A stretch of 64,000 nucleotides of DNA from Candidatus Cloacimonadales bacterium (GTDB lineage Bacteria > Cloacimonadota > Cloacimonadia > Cloacimonadales > JAIOQZ01). The translations under genes were made by a program, and so were the position numbers. This document shows positions 13,271-23,606 of this stretch, piece by piece (positions within the stretch are counted from its first letter, which is position 1; each line of letters starts with the position of its first letter). The notes beneath the pieces were generated by a model. The model worked only from the letters and a program-made list of their open reading frames with translations, made no database searches and was not told where the DNA came from. Location: positions 576,001 to 640,000 of the forward strand of contig OY762463.1 of assembly GCA_963665815.1 (NCBI GenBank), written 5' to 3'.

Positions 13271-13337
13271 AAAAAATCCTTTATTAATTAAAAGAAGAAA
13301 TCTGATTGTTAATTTTGTTTATTAATTAATGATTAAT

Positions 13338-13517
13338 TTACACACCGTTTGCTGTCATTCCGCCGGTTCTTGTAAAACCACCGGTATTATCGTATGCTGA
13401 CGCTGATTTCTCGCCTGATTTTATACATGCTCTTGTGCATGTACATGTACTAGAAGTCCCTGCTTCTCCAGTAGCCCCTGAGGATACTATAGTTACATCA
13501 TTTAACAAATTTGACAT
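13338..13517 (-). CDS. Putative RiPP precursor peptide, 59 aa, CTCTRAC core
   Basis: ATG at 13517 preceded by AAAGGAG RBS; MSNLLNDVTIVSSGATGEAGTSSTCTCTRACIKSGEKSASAYDNTGGFTRTGGMTANGV; directly upstream of the rSAM gene. Confidence 0.78.
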   Translation of the reverse strand: MSNLLNDVTIVSSGATGEAGTSSTCTCTRACIKSGEKSASAYDNTGGFTRTGGMTANGV

Positions 13518-13565
13518 CTTATCTCCTTTCCCTACTACCCGAATCAGATTTCTTCTACTTTCCAT

Positions 13566-14540
13566 TTATATTGTATATTTGTATATCTTCTCCATTCTGA
13601 TATCGACAATGAACACATATTCATCAGTAATAACAACTGAAGACTCAAAAATTCTGTGTTTTTCAGGTAATTCATACTGCTTTAAAACTTTTCCATTTTT
13701 ATTGATAAGAACCAGACAGGATTGACAAGCCTCTACATTGGTTTTATAGTTTCCGTATTGAATTTCTTTACCATACTTGTTACCATTAATAAATAGCCAG
13801 ATGCCATTATCATTGCTTCCACAAATATATGCTGCCGTCCCATCATCATACTTCAAATCAAGATCAACCAGTTCAAGTATTCGGCTGCTTTCTCCCTCCT
13901 CGAAATATTTAATACTGAATTGATTATCCTTATAGGTAGACGCAAATAAACAATCATCTTCCAACCAGAATGATCGCCCATTCTGATCTTCCTTGAAGTA
14001 TTTCTCAAATCTGGAATACTCTTCAATTTTGTCTTTAGATAGTTTATAAATTTTGTTATCCGGAATCAATTTGTAACCGAAATCTCTACAGTAAACGTTA
14101 CCTCCGGAGACAATTAAATTATCTGTTCTAACATTACTGAATTCACTGATATACTTTCCATCATAATCAAATAAAGATACTCGGGAGTTTCCAATATCGC
14201 ATACATATAGTATTGAATCTTCAGTTCCTGTTATTGAAACAACCTGAAAGAATTCTCCTGGTCCACGCCCTTCATTTCCAAATTTTGAGATGAGACTTAA
14301 ATCATCAACATTGTACATGTAAATACCATTAAACTCATCTGCGACGTATAAACGATCATCAATTACAGTTAAATCCATTGCAAAAGACATATCAAAATCC
14401 AGACTATCAGCAGAGGTTAAATACTTGATTGAGTCATTACTATCAGAGCATGAAATTATGAGAAAACAATTAACTGAAAGCATGAGAAACATAACAATAA
14501 AATGAAGTCTTCCTTGTGATTCTACATTAACAATATTCAT
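13566..14540 (-). CDS. 6-bladed (NHL-like) beta-propeller lipoprotein
   Basis: Lipobox-like LIISC; LYVAD, FGNEGRGPGEF, LYVCDIGNSRVSLFDYDGKYI. Confidence 0.75.
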   Translation of the reverse strand: MNIVNVESQGRLHFIVMFLMLSVNCFLIISCSDSNDSIKYLTSADSLDFDMSFAMDLTVIDDRLYVADEFNGIYMYNVDDLSLISKFGNEGRGPGEFFQVVSITGTEDSILYVCDIGNSRVSLFDYDGKYISEFSNVRTDNLIVSGGNVYCRDFGYKLIPDNKIYKLSKDKIEEYSRFEKYFKEDQNGRSFWLEDDCLFASTYKDNQFSIKYFEEGESSRILELVDLDLKYDDGTAAYICGSNDNGIWLFINGNKYGKEIQYGNYKTNVEACQSCLVLINKNGKVLKQYELPEKHRIFESSVVITDEYVFIVDIRMEKIYKYTI

Positions 14541-14807
14541 ATTACACCTTTTTATGGATTAAGTCCATATATTTTTCTACAAGAAATGCCTTATTTGTTA
14601 AGACCTTTGCATAATTGTTAAATCAAAAAAAATCAACCAGTATGTAAGCTCTTATATTATCATTTTTTTACTAAAGATTCATTTTTATGTCAATAAAAAA
14701 AATATTCCGGATAGAGATTTATCAATACTTGAAATGAATATAAAAATGAAAGCTAAATATAGGTAAAAATTCAGAAAATACAGTATTATAAATAGTTATA
14801 TTAAATG

Positions 14808-16346
14808 CTAATTCTTAATCTTAACTGACAACTCCGTTATCCTGTTACCATTAACAGCATAAAGGCATTTTTTAACATGATCATACTCACTGATCATTTC
14901 GATATCATCCATAAAGGAATACGTTGATATTACCTTTCCGTCAACACTACTTACAAACTCTATTTTCATGCCGGTTATTCTCAACAATACACTATTCTTC
15001 AGTCTTTTCTCTTCAAAGAAAGATATCTGAATCGGGAAGACAGTCTTTCCCAGTCTTTTAACCGGATTATATTCTACTGATTTTCTCCAGATTTCTTCAC
15101 CTGTTTTTCTGTTAATGCAAATCTCTTCTTTTTTTCCGCATAACAGAATTCTATTGCCATCAATGAGTTCTGTATGTAAAATATTTTGTCCTGCTGCATA
15201 TTCCCATTTCTTTCTGAAACTCCTTCTCATATAAGCAGTCAAAGTATTACCTGTACAAACATAAAGATGTTTTATGTCAAACATTGGACTGGAGCATACA
15301 CTATTTTCCATCACAATAGAATCCGTGCTTTCAACAATAATTTCTTTCGCAGGCTGAGTCATTTTACTGAGATAATCCTGAATAAACTCTTCTACTTTTT
15401 CTTTCTCAAACTTCGGATACAATTCTTTCATTCTTGTTGTTACATTAAGAGTAATATCTTCAATATCAGTATTTCTGATGTTCTCCTGAATAAGTGTCTT
15501 AAGGATTGAAAGCTGATTCTCAACTTCTCTATTGCCGAACATATTGTACATAACAGATGATATCAGAAGAGCAGTAATAATGATTGTTCCTATAGTTTGA
15601 GCCTTTATCTTGAAGAAAGATTTCCCTTTCTCGTATTTTGCCGGAACAGTAAACAAACAGTATGGATAAGGATTAATAAGATATACTTCTTTCAGATTCT
15701 CCTCAATTGTTCTTGGATGAATTCCTTTTGCCAGAAGTTTTTCAGTTGCACCTGAAAACAGAATTGTAAACATTTCTGCATCAGTTAACTCAACTTTATA
15801 TACTGGTATTTTAATATCAACGCTTTCTGCACCTAAGAGATTAAGTTCTTTCTGGGATTTTACTCTGGCATTATCCCACTTCTCACCTATTTGACTGAAG
15901 AGATCTTCTTCAGAATTTCTTTTTACAATACCACAAAGCATTCTCCCAAACTGTACAATGTATATTCTGTTCTCATAACTCATCATGAAGCATAAAGAAA
16001 GCCCCTTCTCATTAACTTTTGAGAAGATGTTTTTGTTTTTCTCAGATAGATTCTCAGCTGTCTTGAAAGCAATCTGTTTGAACAGATTGCTTAACTGCCA
16101 GTTCAGTTTCTGAAAAACATCTTTCAACTGAGATTCAATGCCTGATTCTTTCCAGTCATTTTTCAGCAGCTCATTCAGAATAATCTGATTAATCTGTTTT
16201 AATCTGTAATCAGAGTTATATGAATGAGTAAGTAAAGCAAAATTGCGATTCCTGTTCTGAAAAAAATCAGTATATACATAGTAATTGTTTACGGAATCAT
16301 TATTCTCCTGACTATTATTCTCGGAAAATGCCTGCAGACACAGCAT
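14808..16346 (-). CDS. Membrane protein: degenerate PP2C-like N-terminus, TM helix, PQQ-type propeller-like C-terminus
   Basis: GLSLCFMM...IYIVQFGR resembles PP2C strands without the acidic metal ligands; TM near aa 250-270; INRKTGEEIWR repeat. Confidence 0.4.
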   Translation of the reverse strand: MLCLQAFSENNSQENNDSVNNYYVYTDFFQNRNRNFALLTHSYNSDYRLKQINQIILNELLKNDWKESGIESQLKDVFQKLNWQLSNLFKQIAFKTAENLSEKNKNIFSKVNEKGLSLCFMMSYENRIYIVQFGRMLCGIVKRNSEEDLFSQIGEKWDNARVKSQKELNLLGAESVDIKIPVYKVELTDAEMFTILFSGATEKLLAKGIHPRTIEENLKEVYLINPYPYCLFTVPAKYEKGKSFFKIKAQTIGTIIITALLISSVMYNMFGNREVENQLSILKTLIQENIRNTDIEDITLNVTTRMKELYPKFEKEKVEEFIQDYLSKMTQPAKEIIVESTDSIVMENSVCSSPMFDIKHLYVCTGNTLTAYMRRSFRKKWEYAAGQNILHTELIDGNRILLCGKKEEICINRKTGEEIWRKSVEYNPVKRLGKTVFPIQISFFEEKRLKNSVLLRITGMKIEFVSSVDGKVISTYSFMDDIEMISEYDHVKKCLYAVNGNRITELSVKIKN

Positions 16347-16355
16347 AATAGCCTC

Positions 16356-17438
16356 CTATGTCCACCATCTGAAAAATGATCTGTAAGTAACTCTTATTAA
16401 TGTAGGAATATCCATCAGCATGTTTGTGTAAGATGCGTTGGCAAGAGGACAATAGCATTCTTTATTTTTTATGGCTATTCTCTCTTTAACCATTTCCTTT
16501 GAGTTCCATATCTTCCTGAAGTTATATTTATGGTCCCTGAGATTCCCTACTGATTTTGCTTTTATACAACATGCCCATACTTCTCCATCCGGAGAAATCT
16601 GTACAGAAGTAATACCTGCATAACATGGAATAATCTGAGTTTTATCTCTGAGTATTTTCTTTACCAGATTGTAATATTCTATCCTGAATGCCTGAGTAAT
16701 CTTGGACATCCCGGTGTATTTGTTGTTTTTAATCCTGTGAATAAGAAAATCTATGGCAGAACGATAATCCAAAACCGTTGGAGTAATTCCGGAACCAATA
16801 GTATCCAGCTCAACTCGTTCTTCTGCAATCTCAGTAATGTAAGAATCAGGTTCCATATTCATTAGGGTATTTGCTATTTTTGCAAAGTTCTTAACATTGA
16901 ATCTGGAGATGACAGTATGGAATCCTATTGAGAAGTTAGGAGATTCTATCTCTCTGAGACGCTTATAAGTAGCAAGGACTTTCTCATAATTACCTTTAAC
17001 ATTTCTGATATTATCATGTTCTTCAGCAATGCCATCAATTGAGAGATTTATAATGATCTGTGTTTTCTTACAGTAATTTACTATTTCCAATACGCTCTGA
17101 GCAATTTTATCTGTCAAAATTCCGTTTGTTGGAATATTAATTATTTTAGGGCGACAGTAATCATATGCCATTTTGCAGATTTCTACTATTTCCTTATGAA
17201 GAAATGGTTCCCCACCACTTAATGTAAACCAGTATGGAGAATGACTGATGGACTTAAATACTTTTCTGTATTCATCCAGAGTAAAATTATCTGCTTTTTT
17301 GCGATAGATATTACATGTACTGCACTTTGAGTTACATCTATATGTAAGACTGATTGTGTAATTCATCGGCATTATTCTTGGAAAACCAAGAGCTCTGAAA
17401 CATTTATAAGCAAATATTTTAGGAATTATTTCCAACAT
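16356..17438 (-). CDS. Radical SAM protein with SPASM/twitch domain
   Basis: CNSKCSTC, LSGGEPF, PTNG, SIDG, CYAG...DGEVWACC, CYCP. Confidence 0.85.
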   Translation of the reverse strand: MLEIIPKIFAYKCFRALGFPRIMPMNYTISLTYRCNSKCSTCNIYRKKADNFTLDEYRKVFKSISHSPYWFTLSGGEPFLHKEIVEICKMAYDYCRPKIINIPTNGILTDKIAQSVLEIVNYCKKTQIIINLSIDGIAEEHDNIRNVKGNYEKVLATYKRLREIESPNFSIGFHTVISRFNVKNFAKIANTLMNMEPDSYITEIAEERVELDTIGSGITPTVLDYRSAIDFLIHRIKNNKYTGMSKITQAFRIEYYNLVKKILRDKTQIIPCYAGITSVQISPDGEVWACCIKAKSVGNLRDHKYNFRKIWNSKEMVKERIAIKNKECYCPLANASYTNMLMDIPTLIRVTYRSFFRWWT

Positions 17439-17441
17439 AAC

Positions 17442-18332
17442 TTAGACCTTCCTGGATAAATTCTTTGTAGACTCGGCAATATCCCATTTAAAAGGATTCT
17501 TCTTGAGCAGATTGAAATCAATCCAGCCAAGAACTCTTCCGTATATTTCAAGCATCATTGTTGCTGCAAGTCTGCAAGTATTCATTGGGTGAATTGCAAT
17601 CTCTGCCAACATAATTTCCAGAAGAAGCATGGAATTTTGAGATGTAACCTGATAATTGTGCTCTTTCTTCAACCAGATATGACCGGCAGCAATTCTTCTT
17701 CTCTGCTTAATAAAATCTTCGATATTTTCAGGACCTTTATTGTGTACAATTGCTGAAGGAATATAAACTTTCCTGAGACCCTGTTCTTTTATCACAGCTT
17801 CTATACTGGCTTCATCAACCGCACTTTCTTCCGGAATGGATTTTACAACATTCCTGAAAGCAATCATTTCACCCAGTTTGGGCTCATGTAATGCCATAAT
17901 ATGATGAAAATGCCACATGATATTTACAGCATAGCCTACCAGTGTATCATCCGGGTTTTCAGGTACAGGTCTTCCCCCGCTCATGCCAACTTCGGGATTA
18001 TCAAACACTGAAATCATTTTTTCTACCGTTGTTGGAGCAGGAATAGTATCACCGCTCTCAATTACGAGTGTTTCTGAATTTGCAGCTTCCAGAAACATGT
18101 TTATTGCAGCGGATTTTCCACGTCTTTCAGGTTCTGTAATCAACTTTATACGCTTATCTTTCTGTTCATATTCTTTGACAATATCATCTGTTCGATCTGT
18201 ACAGGCACTGGATACAACGAAAATTTCTTTAATACAGACTTTCTCAAGCTCCTGTTTCAAAAGTGCATCAAGCAGCTTGGAAATATTCTTTTCCTCATTG
18301 TATACAATAACGCCTATACTACAGTTAATCAT
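17442..18332 (-). CDS. Glycosyltransferase family 2
   Basis: SIGVIVYNEEKNI, CTDRT, GKSAAIN, QRRRI; start placed at MINCS (18332), overlapping the nusB stop. Confidence 0.85.
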   Translation of the reverse strand: MINCSIGVIVYNEEKNISKLLDALLKQELEKVCIKEIFVVSSACTDRTDDIVKEYEQKDKRIKLITEPERRGKSAAINMFLEAANSETLVIESGDTIPAPTTVEKMISVFDNPEVGMSGGRPVPENPDDTLVGYAVNIMWHFHHIMALHEPKLGEMIAFRNVVKSIPEESAVDEASIEAVIKEQGLRKVYIPSAIVHNKGPENIEDFIKQRRRIAAGHIWLKKEHNYQVTSQNSMLLLEIMLAEIAIHPMNTCRLAATMMLEIYGRVLGWIDFNLLKKNPFKWDIAESTKNLSRKV

Positions 18333-18789
18333 CTTTCTTTCCCTTATCATCCCTGTTTTCATGGGCGATTGTATTCAATACACCATTTATGAATTTCCCG
18401 GATTTATCAGAACAGAATTTCTTGGCCACTTCTATAGCCTCATTTATGATTATCGGAGACGGTACCTCTGAAAAAAGAATCTCACCTGTAGCAATTCTCA
18501 TAATATTTTTGTCGAGAATAGCTATTCTGTCAAACTTCCAGTTCTTGGCGTATTTACCGATTTCTTCATCTATTGCTTCTATGTTTGATAAAGTTGTTTT
18601 TAGAAGATTATCGGCAAAAGTGAATATTCCACTTTCGATTTCAATATTGTTTGACTCTGCCACATCGTTCAACACTTCAGTATATTGTCCGATGTATGCC
18701 AGATTGCCAAGAACCGGATCCTCTTCGTTGAAGTCCAGTATGTATAATGTCTGTAAAGCTACTTCTCGAGCTTTTCTGCGAATTCCCAT
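18325..18789 (-). CDS. nusB: Transcription antitermination factor NusB
   Basis: RRKAREVALQTLY, DKNIMRIA, INEAIEVAKKF, FINGVL. Confidence 0.93.
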   Translation of the reverse strand: MGIRRKAREVALQTLYILDFNEEDPVLGNLAYIGQYTEVLNDVAESNNIEIESGIFTFADNLLKTTLSNIEAIDEEIGKYAKNWKFDRIAILDKNIMRIATGEILFSEVPSPIIINEAIEVAKKFCSDKSGKFINGVLNTIAHENRDDKGKKDD

Positions 18790-18794
18790 AATTC

Positions 18795-19256
18795 TTATAT
18801 TTCCTTGTAAAGATTAATCATTTCAATACAACTTAACGCTGCATCCCAGCCTTTATTTCCTACTTTTGTTCCTGCTCTTTCAATTGCCTGCTCTATACTG
18901 TCAGTTGTAAGAACACCAAATAGTACTGGAATACCTGTCTGGAGACTCACGTTTGCAATACCTTTACTTACTTCCGCACTTACATAATCAAAATGAGGAG
19001 TTGCTCCACGAATAACAGTACCAAGACAGATTACGGCATCATATTTCTTTGTGTCTGCAATCTTTTTAGCTGTAAGAGGTATTTCAAAAGCACCGGGTAC
19101 CCAGTAAATACTCATATCATCATTGTCTACTCCATGTCTGACAAGACAATCTATAGCACCATCCATAAGTTTGGAATTGATGAACTCATTAAATCTGCTG
19201 ACAACTAATGCAACCTTGATTCCTTCAGCATTAAGTTTTCCTTCTATAATTTTCAT
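18795..19256 (-). CDS. ribH: 6,7-dimethyl-8-ribityllumazine synthase
   Basis: [44 protein letters not shown]. Confidence 0.97.
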   Translation of the reverse strand: MKIIEGKLNAEGIKVALVVSRFNEFINSKLMDGAIDCLVRHGVDNDDMSIYWVPGAFEIPLTAKKIADTKKYDAVICLGTVIRGATPHFDYVSAEVSKGIANVSLQTGIPVLFGVLTTDSIEQAIERAGTKVGNKGWDAALSCIEMINLYKEI

Positions 19257-19426
19257 TATATCTCCTTGAGTAATAAGATTACGTCAATTCTGAAACCGAT
19301 TTAAAGCATTCAATTCATAACATTTCAGTCTCGGAATTTCAATATTGTATAATCATTCAACATTGTTTTTCTGTCAATAATCATTTTCAGCAACCATGAT
19401 CAAACTGATTCAAAACAGTAATTGAC

Positions 19427-20548
19427 TTACTGGACAAAATCGTATTTGTATTTGTATTTCCTGATTGATTCCGCAATTGCATTTACAAGCTTGTCCTGGA
19501 AATTTGATGAACTGAGTAGTTTTGCTTCTTTGTAATTAGTGATAAATCCCAATTCCACCAGAACTGCAGGCATGAATGCGCCACGCAATACATAGAAATT
19601 AGCCTGTTTAACTCCTCTGTCCTTCAATCCGCTGACTGATACGAGACTCTTCTGCAATCTGACCGCAAGGTCACTGCTTTCTCTTAACTGCTCTGTCTGC
19701 TCCATATCCATCAGGATAAATGATAAGTCATCGTACTTTTTAAGAGCTGATTCACCACCCTCATACTTTGAAACAACAGAGTTCTCCAGAGCTTCAACAG
19801 CTCGAGCTTCGTCTGTTTTAGCGGTAGAAAGGAAAAATACTTCTATTCCTGAAGCTTTCTTAGATCGAGATGCATTGCAGTGTAGAGAAATGAATAAATC
19901 GCTATGAGTGTCATTTGCCATTTTTGTTCTGTTCTGCAAGGATACAAATTTATCTGAATCTCTGGTGAGAATAACCTCTACATTGAGTTCTTTCTGAAGC
20001 TTGGCTTTCAGCTTTCGAGCAACATCCAGAACAATCTTCTTTTCTCTTGTTCCTGTTGATCGACCTACTGCACCAGGGTCCTTTCCACCATGTCCGGCAT
20101 CTAATACAATTCGTCGAATAGAGTTATCAATCGGAGTCTTGACATGAATAGAGAAATCTTTCTGTCTGATGAAATTTTCTTTGAACAGTTCAGGAAAAAC
20201 TCTTTGGAAGAAAGTAAGAGGAAGATACATCTTACCGCTGTGGTATTTTAAAGGGTAAGTCATATTGTAAAAATCTGAAGATGCCTGTAAGTATGGAGAA
20301 TTGATCAGAAAAATAATCTGCTGATTGTAAAGAGTTACGTACAACCTCTGATCATCAATATCTTCTCTGATAGATGCATGAAAAGCTTTGTTCAGCTCAA
20401 ACGCATTGAAATAGTACAGAGAATCGATACTTACTACCTTGATTTCCTCAGTGTTTACCGGTTTATCAAAATGAATATTATAGCAGGAACTACTGAATAA
20501 CAATCCTGCTAACATTACAATAATTATTAATAATACAAGTTTTCTCAA
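19427..20548 (-). CDS. N-acetylmuramoyl-L-alanine amidase (Amidase_3)
   Basis: Signal peptide, LDAGHGGKDPGA, EK, FISLHCNA, VLVELGF. Confidence 0.93.
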   Translation of the reverse strand: MRKLVLLIIIVMLAGLLFSSSCYNIHFDKPVNTEEIKVVSIDSLYYFNAFELNKAFHASIREDIDDQRLYVTLYNQQIIFLINSPYLQASSDFYNMTYPLKYHSGKMYLPLTFFQRVFPELFKENFIRQKDFSIHVKTPIDNSIRRIVLDAGHGGKDPGAVGRSTGTREKKIVLDVARKLKAKLQKELNVEVILTRDSDKFVSLQNRTKMANDTHSDLFISLHCNASRSKKASGIEVFFLSTAKTDEARAVEALENSVVSKYEGGESALKKYDDLSFILMDMEQTEQLRESSDLAVRLQKSLVSVSGLKDRGVKQANFYVLRGAFMPAVLVELGFITNYKEAKLLSSSNFQDKLVNAIAESIRKYKYKYDFVQ

Positions 20549-20768
20549 ATCTTTACCTCATGAAATGAAAAAATTTAAGATTTACAAAATTGTCAATAAT
20601 ATGTTGTAATTAATGGTGTTTATTGTCGATGAATTTAATATGCACTACTTCAGGCAGAACAGAATATATAGTACGCTAGCATCCCTGCTCGCTTTATCAC
20701 AGCCTGTTAGTTCAGAGAAATATTATTATTGATTCATTTATTCTCAGATATTCAAAGGATTATATTTA

Positions 20769-23606
20769 TTACTCCTTAACAGCGGTAACATAATAGAATT
20801 TCTTAGAGCTGTTTACAGGTGCTGTCCAGCTTGTCCCGGAAAATGTACCCGTTGTATCTTCTGTAAATCCAGCATTTTCCTGATCGGAAGAATAAACTTT
20901 ATAAGATTGAGCAAAAGCAACAGGTTCCCAAGTAATAAGAACATCATTTGCATTGATTGATACTTCAGTATTAACAGGGATATCAAGAGCAGAAACATCA
21001 TACTGCCAACTGAGTATCGGATAACCATTATTAATAGCCGGATCAATATGCCAGACACTGTTGTTCAACGTATCATTGTTTGTATTATAGGCGAAATCCC
21101 AGGCACTTGTTAAACCGGATGACAGTGTATCCGTAAATGTTGCTATGTTTTGCATTTCTGACATAGTTTTCCCTGTACCATGACTACTGGATATTCCAAT
21201 TACCTCATTCTCCTCCCAGAAACAATTTGTTACAATAGCAACACCATTGGCTGCTGGTTCAATAAGACAATCATAATATCCTTCATTACGGGTAGGTATA
21301 CTGGCGGAGTAACAATTATTCAGGATAGAGGTATTATGAGCAAGACCTATCAGTCCGGCTGAATTAGATCCCTCTATAGTATTCACTGTGAAACAGTTTG
21401 ATAGCGTGAGATATGAACCGCCTCCTATTAATCCCCCGATGAAATGACTACCTTTAACATGACAACCACTACAACAATTAATTATTTGACAATTATTAGC
21501 CCCTCCAATAAGACCTCCAACATTATATCTTCCTGATACATATCCATTAGATCCACAATTTTCGATTATAGAATTGCTTGCTTTAGCGACCAATGCACCT
21601 GAAAGAGTTCCACCATTGATATTAATATTGGAAAGCGAAAGGTTTTTTATAACTGCGTAATTAGTTTCACCAAAAACACCACACTTCTGATCTCCAAATA
21701 TCAGGTTCATATTTGAAATTGAATGACCTTTGCCATCGTAATTTCCTTCAAACATCAGCCCACTTACACCAATGGACGAATAGCCAATTCTTGCAAGCCA
21801 TAAACTTACCTGATTAGCATCAATGTCACAAGTTTGTTCAATGTAAGTACCACTACTCCATGTTTGTGAATTATATGCAATCCAATACAGGCAGTTCATA
21901 GAATTAACAATGTAAGGATCATCTTGAGTTCCCATCCCTGTTATATCTGTTACAAAACCTTCATTTTCTCCATAATATATCCCTGTTGAATCAATTGCAT
22001 AAGCTCGAACATAATACTGTGTACAAGATGGTAATAAACCGTTAATTGTAGATGAAAACTGTCCACTGCCTGATCCTAAATCAATGTTATAATCATCAAT
22101 TAACGGATTTATATCTGTGCTAAAGCAGACCCCCTTGTTTGTAATGGCTGCAACTCCGGATTCTGTAGCTTCTCCCCCTATTAATGCACCATTCTGAGTA
22201 TTTGAAGTAACAACAGATGTAACAACCGTAGGTTGTAGAGAAATACTTTCGTTGATTAATGACAAACTATCCATGTTTGATAGAAAACCATAAACAATTC
22301 TATCACTATCAAATACGACATTATCATGTACTTGATTAAACTGCCAATATACCAGCAAAAATCCATCAAATGGATTCGCTACCGAATTCATGTTAGCTCT
22401 AACTTCGTCTATGGATCTTTCAGCTTGCCAAATTCTCACTTCATCAATCTTTCCATCAAAATATGTTGGAGAAGATGAAAAATCAGCTCCTATTGTAATG
22501 TCGCTTGAATTATAATAATTGTCATATGGATTCCCTATTAGAAAAACTTCATTACCATTAACATAAAGTCTCCTCGTGTTACCATTCTTAACTGCGGCTA
22601 TATGCGTCCACTGACCCGCATGCAATATTCCATTTCCTGTAGTCATCCCATTGAAGTTGATTCCGGTATAAGGTGCTGTATTGTTCAATTTCAAGCTAAA
22701 ACCATTACTAATTCCGTCATTATTTGAGATAAGTCCTGCTGAGTTACTGAATGAGTCGGGTTTTATCCATAATTCAATCGTATATCTGGTGGCAACATTA
22801 GTTGTAGAATTATTTCCTATCAATACATAATCATCAATACCATCAAAATCGAGACAATTCCCGGAAAATGGACCGGGAGCTTCCCAATGATCAAAAATTA
22901 TATCAGATGCAATCCAATCAGCATCCGTCATATTATTCAATGTATAGTTTGTAGATCTAACATAATCATATGCCGTATTTCCGGAACTTTCGTTAAACTG
23001 TAGATAACACAAGAAAGCACTATGTATACGTTCCACAGCATGATGTCTATGGTGTATCAATTCATGCTGTGTCCTGACATAACTCCATATCCTTATTTCA
23101 TCCATTTCGCCCTGAAAAAACTGTGTTGCACTTGCTGATGATCTACCAATCGCTAAATTGAAGACTGTATCCTGATTGCCAGGAACACTGCCATAAATAT
23201 ATTCTGTTCCATCAACATAACATCTAACTTCTCCAGGTTCAAAAACAACAGCAACATGAGCCCATTCATTTTCAGTCAAAACAGCATGAGTATTCCAGCC
23301 ATTGCCGCCTATTCCTATAATAATTTCATTTGTTATTGGAGTAATCCAGATCGCTCTGTCCCATCCACCATCATCTGTAGAGAGAATTGCCTGATACTCA
23401 TTATGATTCAACCTTGTAGGTTTCACCCATACTTCCCAGGTTGACACGGGTATAGTAGATGGCTGCACATCTAAATCGGTATATATATAGTCATCATTAC
23501 CATCAAAACTCAAACAATTACCGGCATTGAGATCAACAGCGTTAAGGTGTGTAAGAACAATCAATAGTAACATTAGAAATGTAAATTTTTTCATCATTTT
23601 CTCCAA
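20769..23606 (-). CDS. Large secreted protein: two LamG-like domains, FN3-like, GLUG-type repeats, conserved-looking C-terminal domain
   Basis: Signal peptide; two CLxFDGxDDY...WxHxAxV...FxGxxDExRIW modules; YYVRAYA; VGGLIG repeats. Confidence 0.8.
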   Translation of the reverse strand: MEKMMKKFTFLMLLLIVLTHLNAVDLNAGNCLSFDGNDDYIYTDLDVQPSTIPVSTWEVWVKPTRLNHNEYQAILSTDDGGWDRAIWITPITNEIIIGIGGNGWNTHAVLTENEWAHVAVVFEPGEVRCYVDGTEYIYGSVPGNQDTVFNLAIGRSSASATQFFQGEMDEIRIWSYVRTQHELIHHRHHAVERIHSAFLCYLQFNESSGNTAYDYVRSTNYTLNNMTDADWIASDIIFDHWEAPGPFSGNCLDFDGIDDYVLIGNNSTTNVATRYTIELWIKPDSFSNSAGLISNNDGISNGFSLKLNNTAPYTGINFNGMTTGNGILHAGQWTHIAAVKNGNTRRLYVNGNEVFLIGNPYDNYYNSSDITIGADFSSSPTYFDGKIDEVRIWQAERSIDEVRANMNSVANPFDGFLLVYWQFNQVHDNVVFDSDRIVYGFLSNMDSLSLINESISLQPTVVTSVVTSNTQNGALIGGEATESGVAAITNKGVCFSTDINPLIDDYNIDLGSGSGQFSSTINGLLPSCTQYYVRAYAIDSTGIYYGENEGFVTDITGMGTQDDPYIVNSMNCLYWIAYNSQTWSSGTYIEQTCDIDANQVSLWLARIGYSSIGVSGLMFEGNYDGKGHSISNMNLIFGDQKCGVFGETNYAVIKNLSLSNININGGTLSGALVAKASNSIIENCGSNGYVSGRYNVGGLIGGANNCQIINCCSGCHVKGSHFIGGLIGGGSYLTLSNCFTVNTIEGSNSAGLIGLAHNTSILNNCYSASIPTRNEGYYDCLIEPAANGVAIVTNCFWEENEVIGISSSHGTGKTMSEMQNIATFTDTLSSGLTSAWDFAYNTNNDTLNNSVWHIDPAINNGYPILSWQYDVSALDIPVNTEVSINANDVLITWEPVAFAQSYKVYSSDQENAGFTEDTTGTFSGTSWTAPVNSSKKFYYVTAVKE

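Noticed and set aside
17983-18817. Long plus-strand ORFs (162 aa and 142 aa), and the many similar short ORFs in the track
   Set aside because: Antisense or off-frame shadows of well-supported genes
20650-20706. Short GC-richer intergenic patch (CGCTAGCATCCCTGCTCGC) as a REP or ncRNA
   Set aside because: Single degenerate copy with weak pairing; cannot be supported
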